DNA from: the human T2T-CHM13v2.0 reference genome, Homo sapiens
Length of the DNA stretch: 64,000 bases
NCBI RefSeq assembly: GCF_009914755.1
Contig: NC_060926.1
Direction: 5' to 3' (one strand)
This document shows, piece by piece, positions 50,098 to 64,000 of this stretch (positions are counted from its first letter, which is position 1; every line of letters begins with the position of its first letter). The notes below the pieces were generated by a model. That model was given only the letters and a program-made list of their open reading frames with translations. It was not told where the DNA came from and ran no database searches. Position numbers and translations under genes: made by a program.

Positions 50098-51017
50098 GGC
50101 CTTAAGCTGTGTTTGTCAGCCCTCACCTCCTGCGAGAGAATGCTGATGGTCACTTCACAATCATTTGTAATTCAAGGTTTATCAAGGGCCCAACACGAAC
50201 CCATCACTTGCTGCGTGTGATAAACTCTGGGTTGAAAAAGACCTCTTCCCTCCCTCTCAGGTAATTCACAGCACCTGTGAGATCTGGTGCCTCTAAGATC
50301 ATTCCTATTACGTAGGCAGTGAAACTGGAGCTGGAGAAATGGAGACACTTGTCCCAAAGTCTTGGGGACAGAAGGAGTGAGAGAGCTAGGACTAAGCCAG
50401 AGAAAGCACTCTCAACAGCCCCATTTTCTAGTTCAGTTTCATTTGGAGCTTCCATACAGATGAAGAGTGATGTTGTCAGGACAAAATATGGCACATCATG
50501 GTGCACTTGTATGAAGAGAGCTACACGATAAAATGGAGTCTTTCATGGAAGACATGCCAGAGCAGATGGGACATGCATGGAAAGTCTGGAGTCCTGGCTC
50601 CTCGTCTTTAACCACCTTGGAAGGCAAACTCCCTGGAGTAGAGGCTGTGGGTACTTACATCTCCTTTCTGCTTCCCTTCCAAGACCCCAACCAGGTCACC
50701 CCTTTGCTTTGCTTATTACAGGTTCCATGCCAAGTGTCCCAGCAGCTCATGGCCTGGAGGAAAGTCACAGCGGCCAGTCTGAGGCTGCCCATTTCTCATG
50801 GGCCTGGAGAAGACCTGTTCTTCCAAGGTCAGAATGAAAGTGATCATGGATGGAAGAGAGGCTCTCCCATGGCCTTGAGCTTTCAGCTGGTCTGGGATTG
50901 TCATCTAAACCCTTCTTCACTAGCAGGTAAATTAACCCATCAGGGAAATTTGGCAGCTATTACATTTGAAATGATATTTTTTAAAAAGTGTTTAGTGGTG
51001 ATTTTAACCTTGGCTGA

Positions 51018-51462
<445 letters not shown>

Positions 51463-52409
51463 TGACCTATTTTTATAAATGTTAATCAGACCACGACACT
51501 CACCTTCTAGAATCCCCCTTCCATCTAGAATAAAACCAGCCTCTTCCCCAGGCATGCAGGCCCCAGGTGACTCAGCCTGGGTCTGCATCCAACTTCATCT
51601 CCCTCAACTCCTTCACTGGGCTCTTGTCCTGCCAACCTGTAGCTAGTGGGAGCACTTGGTTCCTCCACGTGACAGCTTTCTTCACTCTTCCCAAACTCAG
51701 TTCCCATATCCCCAACATTCGACGTCTGCAACGATCCATTCTCGGTCCCCAGCATGCCCATTGCTAAGAACCAGGTTATTCTCCATCTAACGCATGCTTG
51801 TTTAATGCCTACCTCCTGGGACACCTGCAGGCCAGGGGCCATTTCCATTTTGTTCTCTCTCTGTACCTCAGGTCTAATGTACAGCAGGTGCTCGGCAGAC
51901 ATTTGTGGAACAAATTCACTGAAATAATAATGAGTAGGAAATTTACAGAGGACCCTCAAAATAGTGGCCTGTTCCAGAATTTCCAGAATCTAAGGTCACG
52001 GACTCAGATCATCAGAGCTAGAAGCAGCCTCAGAGTTGTCAGGTCCAGCCAAAGCTGCCCCAGCTCTGAGGCTTGGGACCTGGCCCAGCTGTCTGCAGAG
52101 TCAGCTATGGAAGCAGGGCTGGCCCAGGGCTGGCCCAGGCCTGGAGCGCCTCCTGTTGCTCTTGCCTAGAAATGACGCATCCACAGGGAAACCATTCAGA
52201 TCAGAGAAGGAGTTCCCAGCAGGTGAGCCTGCCGGGAGCCAACCTCAGCTCCCTGTGGCCACAGTGGTGGTGGGAGGAGGTTGAGGGAGGCTGCCTCCTC
52301 CATGCTGGCCACCAGGTCTGCGGCCACCTCCCTACCTCCCATCTAAACAGCATGCACTGTTTGGAGCTGGAAGTGCACAGAAGCCAGTACTGAAAAGACT
52401 GCCAGTTTT

Positions 52410-52677
52410 TGGCTCATGCCTGTAATCCTAGCACCTTGGGAGCCCAAAGCAGGTAGATCACTTGAGCCCAGGAGTTGAAGACCACCCTGGGCAACATAGT
52501 GAGACCTCATCTCTACAAAAAAAATACAAAAGTTAGCTGTGCGTGTTGGTGCACACCTGTAGTTCCAGCTACTCGGAAGGCTGAGGTGGGAGGATTGCTT
52601 CAGCTCAGAAGGTTCAGGCTGCAGCTCAGAATTCAGCTGTGTTCATGCCACTGAATTCCAGGCTGGGTGGAAAAAAA
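52410..52677 (+). mobile_element. AluJ-like, eroded ends
   Basis: TTGAGCCCAGGAGTTGAAGACC, GGGAGGATTGCTT. Confidence 0.85.
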
Positions 52678-54872
52678 TGATAGTCAGTTCTCAAAAATTC
52701 TCTCTTCCTGTTAATTCCAAACAGCACTTTCTCTCTCTGGCTCCCCTCTCTCAGTCGATGTCACTCCTCTGCCTCGGCTGCCTAATTATCTTGATACTCT
52801 CAGGGGCCTGGCCCTGGGCACTCTCCTCTTCTTACCTGGTACAGTCTCCCTGGACAATTTCCTCCACTCTTTGACTTAATTAACATCCATTTGCCTACAG
52901 TAATTAAATATCGCTGTGGTCCAGAACTCTCAGCTGAGCTGCAAACCTGCAGGGCTGAGCACAGCAGGCCTCCCGGACGTTGCTGCACCAAGATGGTGCT
53001 CCCAGCCACCTCCTCCTCCGCTCGTTTTTCTCCTGGCCAATGAGAACTCCAGGGCAACACTTGTCTCCTCCTCCTCCTCTGCCAACCCCCATCCTCATGC
53101 CTCAGTCATCAGTCCAGGTTCGCCTCCTGAGTATGCTGGAATTCTACCCCACTCCTCCACCCCCTCTGCTATAACCTTAGCGAAAGGCTTCCTGGCAGTT
53201 TTCCTCCCCACACAGTGCCATGAGAGCAAGATTTTACGAAGTCACATTTAATCCCATTTGAAATGGTCCCATATTTTAATGTCGTCTGCAGAAGCAAGTG
53301 CCATCTCTGTGGTCTGGTGCATCCTCATCCCCTTGTGCTGCTCTTTTCTTTTTTGCAGTGTTTCCTCTAGGCCGGGGCTGCCTCAGCCCCTCACAGACGT
53401 GGAGAGATGGCAGAAGGCGGCCTGTGCTCCCCAAATACACCACGTTCGGCCAGTACCCCAGGGCCTTCGTTCGGGCTGCCCCCCAAATCCACAGCTTCAT
53501 CCTCTCCCTGTCTGCCTGATAAACACCTCCTCTTTTCTCGAGAGGGTTCAAGGACCACAAGAGTTCTGTCTATGAGAGTTCACTGAGTGCCAGCTGCACA
53601 GGGCACTGCGGATGCCTGTCTCAGGACTGGCCTCATGGAGCTGCCACCTCTTTGTAAAAAGGACAGAGACGCAGGATATGCAATTCATTGTGTCCTGAGT
53701 GCTGCCCAAGGGAAGCATCAGAGGAGACACCCAGGGTAACCAACCATCCCAACTGGCCCAGATTGTCCCCATTTTAGCAGTAAATTCTCATCTCCTGGGA
53801 AATCCCTCGGTCCCAGCAAACCAAGATGGTTTGTCACCTTACACCTTGCAGGGTCAGAGAAGGGAGACCCAGGAGAAAAGTCGGTGTTTGTTAGAGGGCA
53901 GGAGGATGGAGAGAGGTTGCAGGCAGACAGAAGTACCTGGGGGAAGCACCTGAGAGAGGTGGGCGGGAAAAGGCAGAAGGAGTCCTGGTCGGGCTGCAGT
54001 GAGTCAGGCCTCTCTGAAATGACCTTTCCACCCTCATCCGCTACCCTCAGCTCCCAGAAATAATCATTCTCTCCTCTGAGGCCCTACCGAACACCACGCC
54101 TACACCAAACATAGCACATACATTTCATGACATTTTCTTAACTTATTACTTTGTTTACTGCCTTTGCCAACTTTCCTGCGAGTGACTGCGGACAGGAGAC
54201 CATTATCCAATCCCCTGTGTCTCAGAGTTAGCAGTAAGAGCACAGTAAACATTGGGGGGTGTGGGGGGGACGACGCTTCAATCGTGCTTCAGCCTCCCAG
54301 AGCACCTTTCACGCATCCGTAAAATCAATGTCGCATCAAAGCAGAACTATTTTTACATGATAAGCAGGGGAGCATATCCTAGCAATGTGTTTCCAAGGCT
54401 CCCCGAGACACAGGAGAGCAGAATGGCAGGAGATACCCACAGCCAAGAGTGCATAGAGACAATTAACACACAGCAAGAACATTATCACGAGCCTGGGTTT
54501 AAAGGAAGATTCCAGATCAGACTGAGATGCCTTGGGCTTTGCTCTCCCTTTTGCTGTCATCAGACTCAAATTTCCACGAGGACAGAGACCCTGTTGGTCT
54601 TGCTGACTGTGTCCCCCAGACCTACAAGAGCACCTGGCGCTTGGAAGACATGCTCAGTCTTTACTCTCTGAAGCCGCTTCAATAAAGCCCTGCTGTGGCA
54701 AGTGTGGTCTCTACGGCATTGGTGCCCCTTGAGACTTCAGCCACATCTACTGAATCAGAATCTGCATTTTAACCAGGTTTCTGTGCTATCTCTTAACTTT
54801 TCAGAAGGACCTTTTGAAAGGGCTTGGTCATCCCAAGCCAGTGACCTCAGCTGCCTATAAAAACCAATTAAA

Positions 54873-55185
54873 GGCCAGATGCGGTGGCTCTTGCCTGTAA
54901 TCCCAGCACTTTGAGAGGCTGAGGAGGGCGGATCACCTGAGGTCAGGAGTTCGAGACCAGCCTGGCCAACATGATGGAACCCCGTCTCTACTAAAACTAC
55001 AAAAATTATCCAGGTGTAGTGGTGGGCACCTGTAATTCCAGCTACTCAGGAGACTGAGGCAGGAGAATCGCTTGAACCTGGGAGGTGGGGGTTGCAATAA
55101 GCCAAGATCACATCACTGCACTCCAGCCTGGGCAACAGAGCGAGACTCTGTCTCAAAATAAATACATAAATAAAATAGGAATAAA
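54873..55185 (+). mobile_element. AluSx-like
   Basis: Dimeric Alu with (TAAA)n-type tail. Confidence 0.94.
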
Positions 55186-55589
55186 AACTAATAAACCCAA
55201 GGCCTCCTTGCTTATCTGGAAAACACTTCTTCATCTTTGGAAACCCTGCTCAGGAGTTCCCCTTCTGAGAAACTTCACAAACATCACCCTTTCGCCATCA
55301 GGGTTGATTGCTCCATCTGCCAGGCTGTGCTCACCCCGCCCTGCGTTCTCCATTCTGTCAAGGCATTTATCATGCAGCAACACAATCTGCTTTACACGCC
55401 TGTCTCCCCACCAGATGGGTCAGCCAGACTGATGTCTTTGAAATAAGAAAAGGAATCTTATTTATCTTTGCATTCCAGGTCTGTTCCCACATGGAACCGA
55501 GTGTGATCAGTCATGTGTGTCGGCCTGTGGGCTCTCCCTTTGTGTCCCACATTCTAGAATCCCACACTTCACTAAAGAAGGTCTTCCCG

Positions 55590-55938
<349 letters not shown>

Positions 55939-56262
55939 CTATTCCTTCTTCCTTCCTTCCAATGGAAAGGTAGAAACTCAAGAAAACATTTATTTATGTG
56001 AGCTAGGTACGAAAATTACTTGGTACCATTGCGATGGGATAGAACACATATTTAACATGAATAAGGAGATTCCCAAGATAATTTATGAAGGCATGACAGG
56101 AGAGAATGGCATGGCATTTCCCTGGGCTGCCCAGATTTCCTAGCCATTCCTAGATGCCGAGGATGCGGCCACTCTAACCCAGCAGTCATGTTGCCTCATC
56201 CACATGGACCTCTGAGAGTGCAATAACAAAATCTAGGGATTCAAGTCAAACTTGCTGGATGT

Positions 56263-56619
<357 letters not shown>

Positions 56620-58907
56620 TTAGACTGTGAACTCCTTAAAGACACGTACTCTGCCTTAGACACATGGATGTCTGTGGTGGTTCACATGGTACCCAGCTCA
56701 ACAAATACTTTGTTAACCATGAAATCCAGAAGACCATCACAAAGGTGCCCATCTGCATGCAAAGCAGGTGGATGCAGGGCTCCAGCTCAAGCGCAGCTCT
56801 CTGTGTGTACCCCCCAGCAAAGACTGCACCTCGTTAAGCTGCGGGTTCATTGACTGGATGTGACGCGATGCAGCTGACAGCAATCTCTCATCACCTCCAA
56901 GGTCACGTACATGGACAGCACTAGAAATACGCCAGAATTTTGAGGATCTTTTTCAATTTGCCGTCTTCTGCCTGACGTGCTGGTGAAATTGAAATTGCTG
57001 AAAATTGATATGAATCAGTAGGGCATTAAAATGTTGTTAACTGAAGTATGAGAATGGTCACGAATAACTATTGTTATTATTTAGGTTTTTTTTTACACAT
57101 TCTGTAAACTCAAAAGCCTCTAGGAAAAGTAAAATGGAACAGGTCTCATTAAACACATCATCCAACCATGCAGGGTGGGTTTTTTTTTAACCTCTTAGGA
57201 ATATCCCCCAAAAGGCCTTTTCTAACTAATACAATTAATTTGACCACTGCCTTATAGCCCGTAGGAAAGTAAATCTGGTTATGCTTCAGGATTATCTGGG
57301 GAACCTGACTCAGCCCTGAGTGGAACACAGTGGGTAAGCCAAGCATGGCCTGAATTTCAGCCTTTATTGTCTTCCCCTGCCAGGTGCCTTTGTGCGGTGC
57401 GCAAACTTCACAACTGTACATGGCAGCTCTGCAATGGAGTCCCCCCAGCAGATTCTGATTTGAAGCGTCTTGAGAAAACTTAGGACCAATAATTTTAGGA
57501 AGTTTCCCAGGTAAGTCTAGTGCACAAGCATATTTGAGAACCAGTACTTTATTTCGTATTTCCCCAGCAATCATGATTACCGTGTATCTCTGTATTTATG
57601 TACCAGTGCATTATTACAGCACTCTAGTAGTTCCTACACATGGAAAGATAAATGGAAGGTATTATTTGAAAATTTGCTACTGTGTTGTACAAAATACCTC
57701 GAGTCAGTATCGTGGCTGAAGAGCACTGATATGTGTGTCATTGGATGCTGACGCTGACATGAACTAACTAGGCTTGTAAAAGATCTGGCATCAGCATCCC
57801 TTCCAAGCCCCAGGCACATATCACTCTGGGTAGGAGCCTTCTTGGCCCCACTCAGCACAATTCTTGCAATGCCCTGCTTTGCAGCTGTCTCTGCGCACCA
57901 ATGGTCACCTGGAGATAATTAGGTAAAATGAAGTCTTGTGAGCCTCCCAGCAGAGCAGAAACCATCCCTAATTATAGGAACACACTATGTTTTTCTCTGC
58001 CCTAATGCACGTTGAACTTAAAACACAATTCCTTGAAAAACTGTAGCCTGCTCTGATAGTGGGAATGCCAATAGCAGAGTCCTTGTCCTTTAGCTTCTGC
58101 CTGCTGTGGGCAGCAATGGCTGCTGGGTGAATCATATACCCGGCAGAACTCACTGGCAGTGCTGTGGACCCAGGGGGGCTCTGTCAGTGGTCAAAAACAG
58201 TGTAATTGAAACGGGAGTGAGGCCTGAATAAGTTTGGCTGCCTGTATGTTGCCAGAAACACTGCTCTTCCAGAGTAGATGAATGCCATCTAGCTTATGAT
58301 GCAAAGAAACATAGGGGTGACTCGTGGCAAGCTCAGGCTTCTTCCCGCCATGGGTGTCAAAGGCACAATCACGTCTCACTCATGATCAACCGGAATCATA
58401 TAAGGAACTTACTATCTACATCAAATCTCATCTAGAAAAGTAGTCTGGAAGTCTGATGTGCATGCACTTACTTTACTGAACGTCCCCTGCTCCACTCCTG
58501 GCTGCACACAGGCCCCTCTCTGTCTCAGTCCCTGACCTCATGAGTCCTGTGATTGTGGCACCTCTCCGTCCAGGCCCCTGAGTGCCCCCTACTCTTGTCT
58601 CTACCAGCAAACATCTTCTAACTGTACATTCCCTTCCTCTAGAGGAGCCCAGAAAGGGTCTCTGGAGAAGTCTGCCAAATGTCTGATGCTCCAGGAGGCC
58701 CCTGCTAAACTTTTTCTGCCTAATCTAAGCTCACCCACCTTACCTTAAATGCGACTTTTCACTTTTCTCAGGACAAAAATGATAATAACAAAGTAAGACT
58801 GTTAACTGCCGTTCTCAAGCAGTTTTAACCAAGAACTGGGAGTGCCTTCCTCACAAAGATAAATCTTACATTACTGTCACATAAGGAACAGAACGTGTAA
58901 TAGCTAC

Positions 58908-59278
58908 TGATATGGTTTGGCTCTGTGTCCCCACCCAAATCTCATCTTGTAGCTCCCATAACTCCCATGCATTGTGGGAGGGACCTAGTGGGAGATGACT
59001 GAATCATGGGGATGGGTTTCTTCCATACTGGTCTTGTGACAGTGAATAAGTCTTACAAGATCTGATGGTTTTAAAAAGAGGCATTCCCCTGCACAAGCTC
59101 TCTCATTTTTTGCCTGCCACCATCCACGTAAGACGTGACTTGCTTCTCCTTGCCTCCCGTCATGATTGTGAGGCTTCCCCAGCCACGTGGAACTGTAAGT
59201 CCAATTAAACCTCTTTCTTTTGCTAATTGCTCAGTCTCAGGTATGTCTTTATCAGCAGCATGAAAATGGACTAATACA
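58908..59278 (+). mobile_element. THE1 (MaLR) solo LTR
   Basis: TGATATGGTTTGGCTCTGTGTCCCCACCC...GAAAATGGACTAATACA; TSD GCTAC/CCTAC. Confidence 0.92.
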
Positions 59279-59378
59279 CCTACTGAGTCCCAGTAGGAAA
59301 TCTTCTGTCCCCAAGTGGTACCGGCTTGCAGTTTAAAGTTGCTACTAAAGAAGAGAGAGAGAGAGATCTGTCTTTTAA

Positions 59379-60610
<1,232 letters not shown>

Positions 60611-60627
60611 ATAAAATGTGCCAGGAT

Positions 60628-61135
60628 AGCACTCTTCGCCCCCAGATCTTGGTTTCTAATACCATTCTCCAACCAAAGGAACCAGGGATCCAGGGAAAAA
60701 TGAATGCTTCTAGGGCTGGGGCAGGAAATAAACAAGGTGAGCCTGGAGTACCTTGTAATGCCAGAAAGTAAGAAAGTGCTTAAAAAAAAAACAAAAAGTA
60801 ATAGTAATTATAGATAAAAAGCAGCCATTGATGTCAAAGGGGCACAGGAGCCCAGGAGCTCACTGAAAGAGCCCCCAGTGGCCAAAGCTGGAACAATTCA
60901 AACAACAACATCAGTAAAGCAGTATTGGATTCTAAACCAAAGTGTAAGGTAAATATTCACAAATCCATGCCTACATAAATGATCGAGTAGATTAAATAAA
61001 TTAGGGAGAGAAGACATTCTCCTGTATAGAAAAATTCCAATTACTGTGTAGACACTTCATCCTACAGTAAAGGGAAAACGTAACTCCTGATTCTTCAAGG
61101 GTGGGCCACACATAGTGATTTCCTTCAAAGAGTTT
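60628..61135 (+). mobile_element. Old L1MC-type 3' region (host of the L1HS; left part ~59290-59464)
   Basis: CAGATCTTGGTTTCTAATACCATTCTCCAA...GGCCAAAGCTGGAACAATT...CATAGTGATTTCCTTC. Confidence 0.65.
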
Positions 61136-61501
61136 GTGATGGAGGAGGTGCAATAAAGCTGACTGAAGTCTATCTACTGATGCACATGGAAGCTGTGGAA
61201 ATGCCTCATGTAGTGCTTACTGGTAGCAGAGACAGCCTTCCCTCAGATCAGGTCTGTGGAATGGCTGTTATTCTTGGAAACTTAGCCTCAAGTCCTGTTC
61301 TCTATGCCTCCTCATGACTCTGTAAACCCCACAATCTTTTGAATAAACTCCTTTTATTTAATTAGCTAAAGCCATTTTCTGTTGCATTTAACTAAAAACG
61401 TTGATACATTCAGCTAGAAAAAAAGTGAGCACAGAAGGATAGCAAGGCACATGGGAAGTTATAATGAGCTCAGAAATTAATATAAACTATGGTAGTAAGT
61501 A

Positions 61502-61650
61502 TGACACATTATGGACTATAAAAATGTGTGTGTGACACATTATTGACTATAAAAATGTGTGTGACACATTATTGACTATAAAAATGTGTGTGACACATTA
61601 TTGACTATAAAACTGTGTGTGTGTATGTGTGTGTGTGTGTGTGTGTGTGT
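61502..61650. repeat. 29-bp minisatellite x4 running into (TG)n
   Basis: TGACACATTATTGACTATAAAAATGTGTG units starting at 61502, 61533, 61562, 61591. Confidence 0.95.
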
Positions 61651-61779
61651 AAAGAGGATAAAATAAAAAGTCTTAGGATGATAATAGGAGTGTGGGGTTT
61701 TTCAGTGGGTAGACGCATGACAAAATTCTTGCAGAAATTTGAGGAACAGAGATAGTAATTACTGTAGAATTTGCTAGGA

Positions 61780-64000
61780 AAAAAATGAATAGTTAAAACT
61801 TTAATGGTAACCATTAAATCAATGAAAATATAATCATGGCTTCTTCATCAACAGAGGATAGAAGTAGGACAGAGGGGTGGATATAGAAAATTTCATTAAT
61901 CTAACAAAAGGAAGGAAAGGGTAAAAAGAAAAGAAAAGACAAAAGATGGTAAGTAGAAAGTGCACCATCTGATGGGGGAAATGAGTCTAAAAATATCATA
62001 AACTCAATAAATATAAATGGATTAGACTCACCAATTAAAAAACAGAGACTATCAGGTAAGATATTTAAAAATCTAGCTAACACTACTTATAAGAAGCACA
62101 TAAAGACGTATAAAACTACATAGAAAAGTTTAAATCAAAAGATAGGAAATGGTATACCTTACAAATGCTGACAAAATTAGGATAACAATTAAAGAACAAA
62201 TAATATTAGACAAAATAGAATTTAAGATAAATAGCACTAGTAGAGATAAAGGACACTCTATATTAATAAAAATAACAATCCAACCAGAAGAATCATAATT
62301 TTGTTCTTAGCAATACTGCCTTGAAATATGCCAAATTTTAAACCATTGAGAAAGATTTCAACACATTCATATTAGAAATTAACATATCAACTATATGAGA
62401 CAAAAATTAATAACCAGCAAAAGTAAAATATATATAATATATATGTAGAAAATGTCTCATCACACCAAAATATAGAAGATATATTCTTTTCAAGAAAAAT
62501 TAATCATGGCTTAAAACACAAAGAAATTGCCAATACATTTCATGGCATCGATAAAATACAGATCATGTTTGCTAAGCATAATTCAACTACATTGAATAAC
62601 AACAATAAAAGATAATGGAGTAGACAACACTTTCTGCTCTCCAGATATGGAGATACTTAAAAATACATTTATTAATAACTCACAAATTAAGGAGGAATTC
62701 ATAATGCAAATTACAGAGTATCTAGAAATGAATAGCATGAAAATGCTGTGGACCTCAACACATGAAGGCTCTAGTTAAATTAGTACTTGGGGTTTAGATT
62801 ATAGCCTTCATGTATTTATTAAAAACAGCTTTTTTTTTTTTTTAACAAATGAGTTCATTCATTTTAAGTTTAAAAAGAAAAATTACTAAAGCCTAAAAAT
62901 GTTACAAGAAGAAAATGACAAATATAAAAGCAGATATTAACAAAATGAAAAAGAAACAATAGAAGATCAGCAAAGATCAATTCCTTAATAAGCCTATAAA
63001 ATAATATTAATCATTAAAACAGGAGAAAAGCGGCACCAACAAGAGACAGGGAATAAAAATGGGGCTATAATGACATGATCAGTTATTTAAAAACCCTAAG
63101 AGGCTGCTATATGCAACCTTATGCCAGAAAATTTAAAAGCTTAGTAAAAACAGAAACATTTCAAGGAGAACACAATTAAAACGTAAAGACAATCCACAGT
63201 ATCCTAAAAATAATTTAAATTAAAAATTTTAAAACAAAATAAAATAATAAAATTGAGAAAAAACAAAAAGTGGAGAAGAAGGCTGGCGGTTCCCTGGTGT
63301 CTCATCATCTCATAGAGCAGAGCACTGGGGACAGGCCGATGCTTCTGGATGTGCAGAGGGTTCAGGTTCTAATGAGGAACCTGCCTCTTCTTATAATACC
63401 TTGTATGGAGCAGGAGAAAAACCATCAGGTGGGTATGTATAAACAGAAAAGGTTTGGGTGCCAGGCTCTTACAGGATACAGGCCAGCTGGACAGGAGTTT
63501 TGGGAAGGCACCTGCAGCTTGCTGGTTTCTTATACTACCCCAACAGGAAAGGAACCCCCATCGCCAGGGAGATTGACTTCAAGCACAGACCCTCCCACTG
63601 AGAAGGGAGAGTGTCAGTCATTCTGGTGTTAGGCAACCTACACTTTGGAAGCAATTCTGCTTGTTTCTCTTCAGGTTACCAACACTGATTCACAAAGAAA
63701 TAGGAATTCTCATTAAAACCATACACACTGAAAACAATAAATTAACTTGTAGTCAAAAGATTCCTGCTTAAAGAGACACACACACAGTAGGATTGGATGG
63801 GTTTATGGTACCTTTTGCCATCCCTTCAAAAAATAACTATCTTAAATAACTGTTTAAGTGATTAGAAAAGGAAGGAAAGCCTCCAAAACTTGTTTGAAAA
63901 ATCTAGCAAATATCCTTTTCACCAAACTGGACTAGAAGAGTATAAGAAAAGGAGAAGATAGACCAGCCTGTCATTGCATCCATAGATACAATAATCTTAA
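61780..64000 (+). mobile_element. Ancient L1M ORF2 (EN-proximal) remnant
   Basis: ATAAATGGATTAGACTCACCAATTAAAAAACAGAGACTATCAG (NGLNSPIKR-like), ATTAGACAAAATAGAATTTAAG, GAAAGATTTCAACAC (GDFNT-like). Confidence 0.75.

Noticed and set aside
52601-52640. Short CAGCTCAGAA duplication within AluJ
   Set aside because: Minor local slippage in an old repeat
61502-61620. 29-bp partly palindromic direct repeats resembling a CRISPR array
   Set aside because: No spacers, no cas genes, eukaryotic context; it is a tandem minisatellite

Overview
Primate (human-like) genomic DNA, heavily repeat-derived, with no recognisable cellular protein-coding exon, RNA gene or CpG-island promoter. Most ORF-track hits are Alu, SVA or microsatellite artefacts; the only real protein fragments are L1 ORF2p (59465-60320) and a decayed L1 ORF1p (23130-23354). 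The window holds about 25 Alus, many MaLR/ERV solo LTRs, old L1/L2 debris and three young retrotransposon insertions with perfect target-site duplications (TSDs): an AluYc1-like Alu (550-860), a full-length SVA (10476-11985) and a 5'-truncated L1HS Ta-1 (59465-60610). The most notable observations are a 26-bp 3' transduction on the L1HS, re-use of one endonuclease site by an old Alu and then the SVA, a 126-bp fold-back hairpin in L2-like DNA, a 128-bp tandem duplication ending at an Alu boundary, and a nascent 29-bp minisatellite. I see no evidence for a wholly new multi-gene system. Subfamily calls come from remembered consensus sequences and need RepeatMasker/Dfam confirmation.
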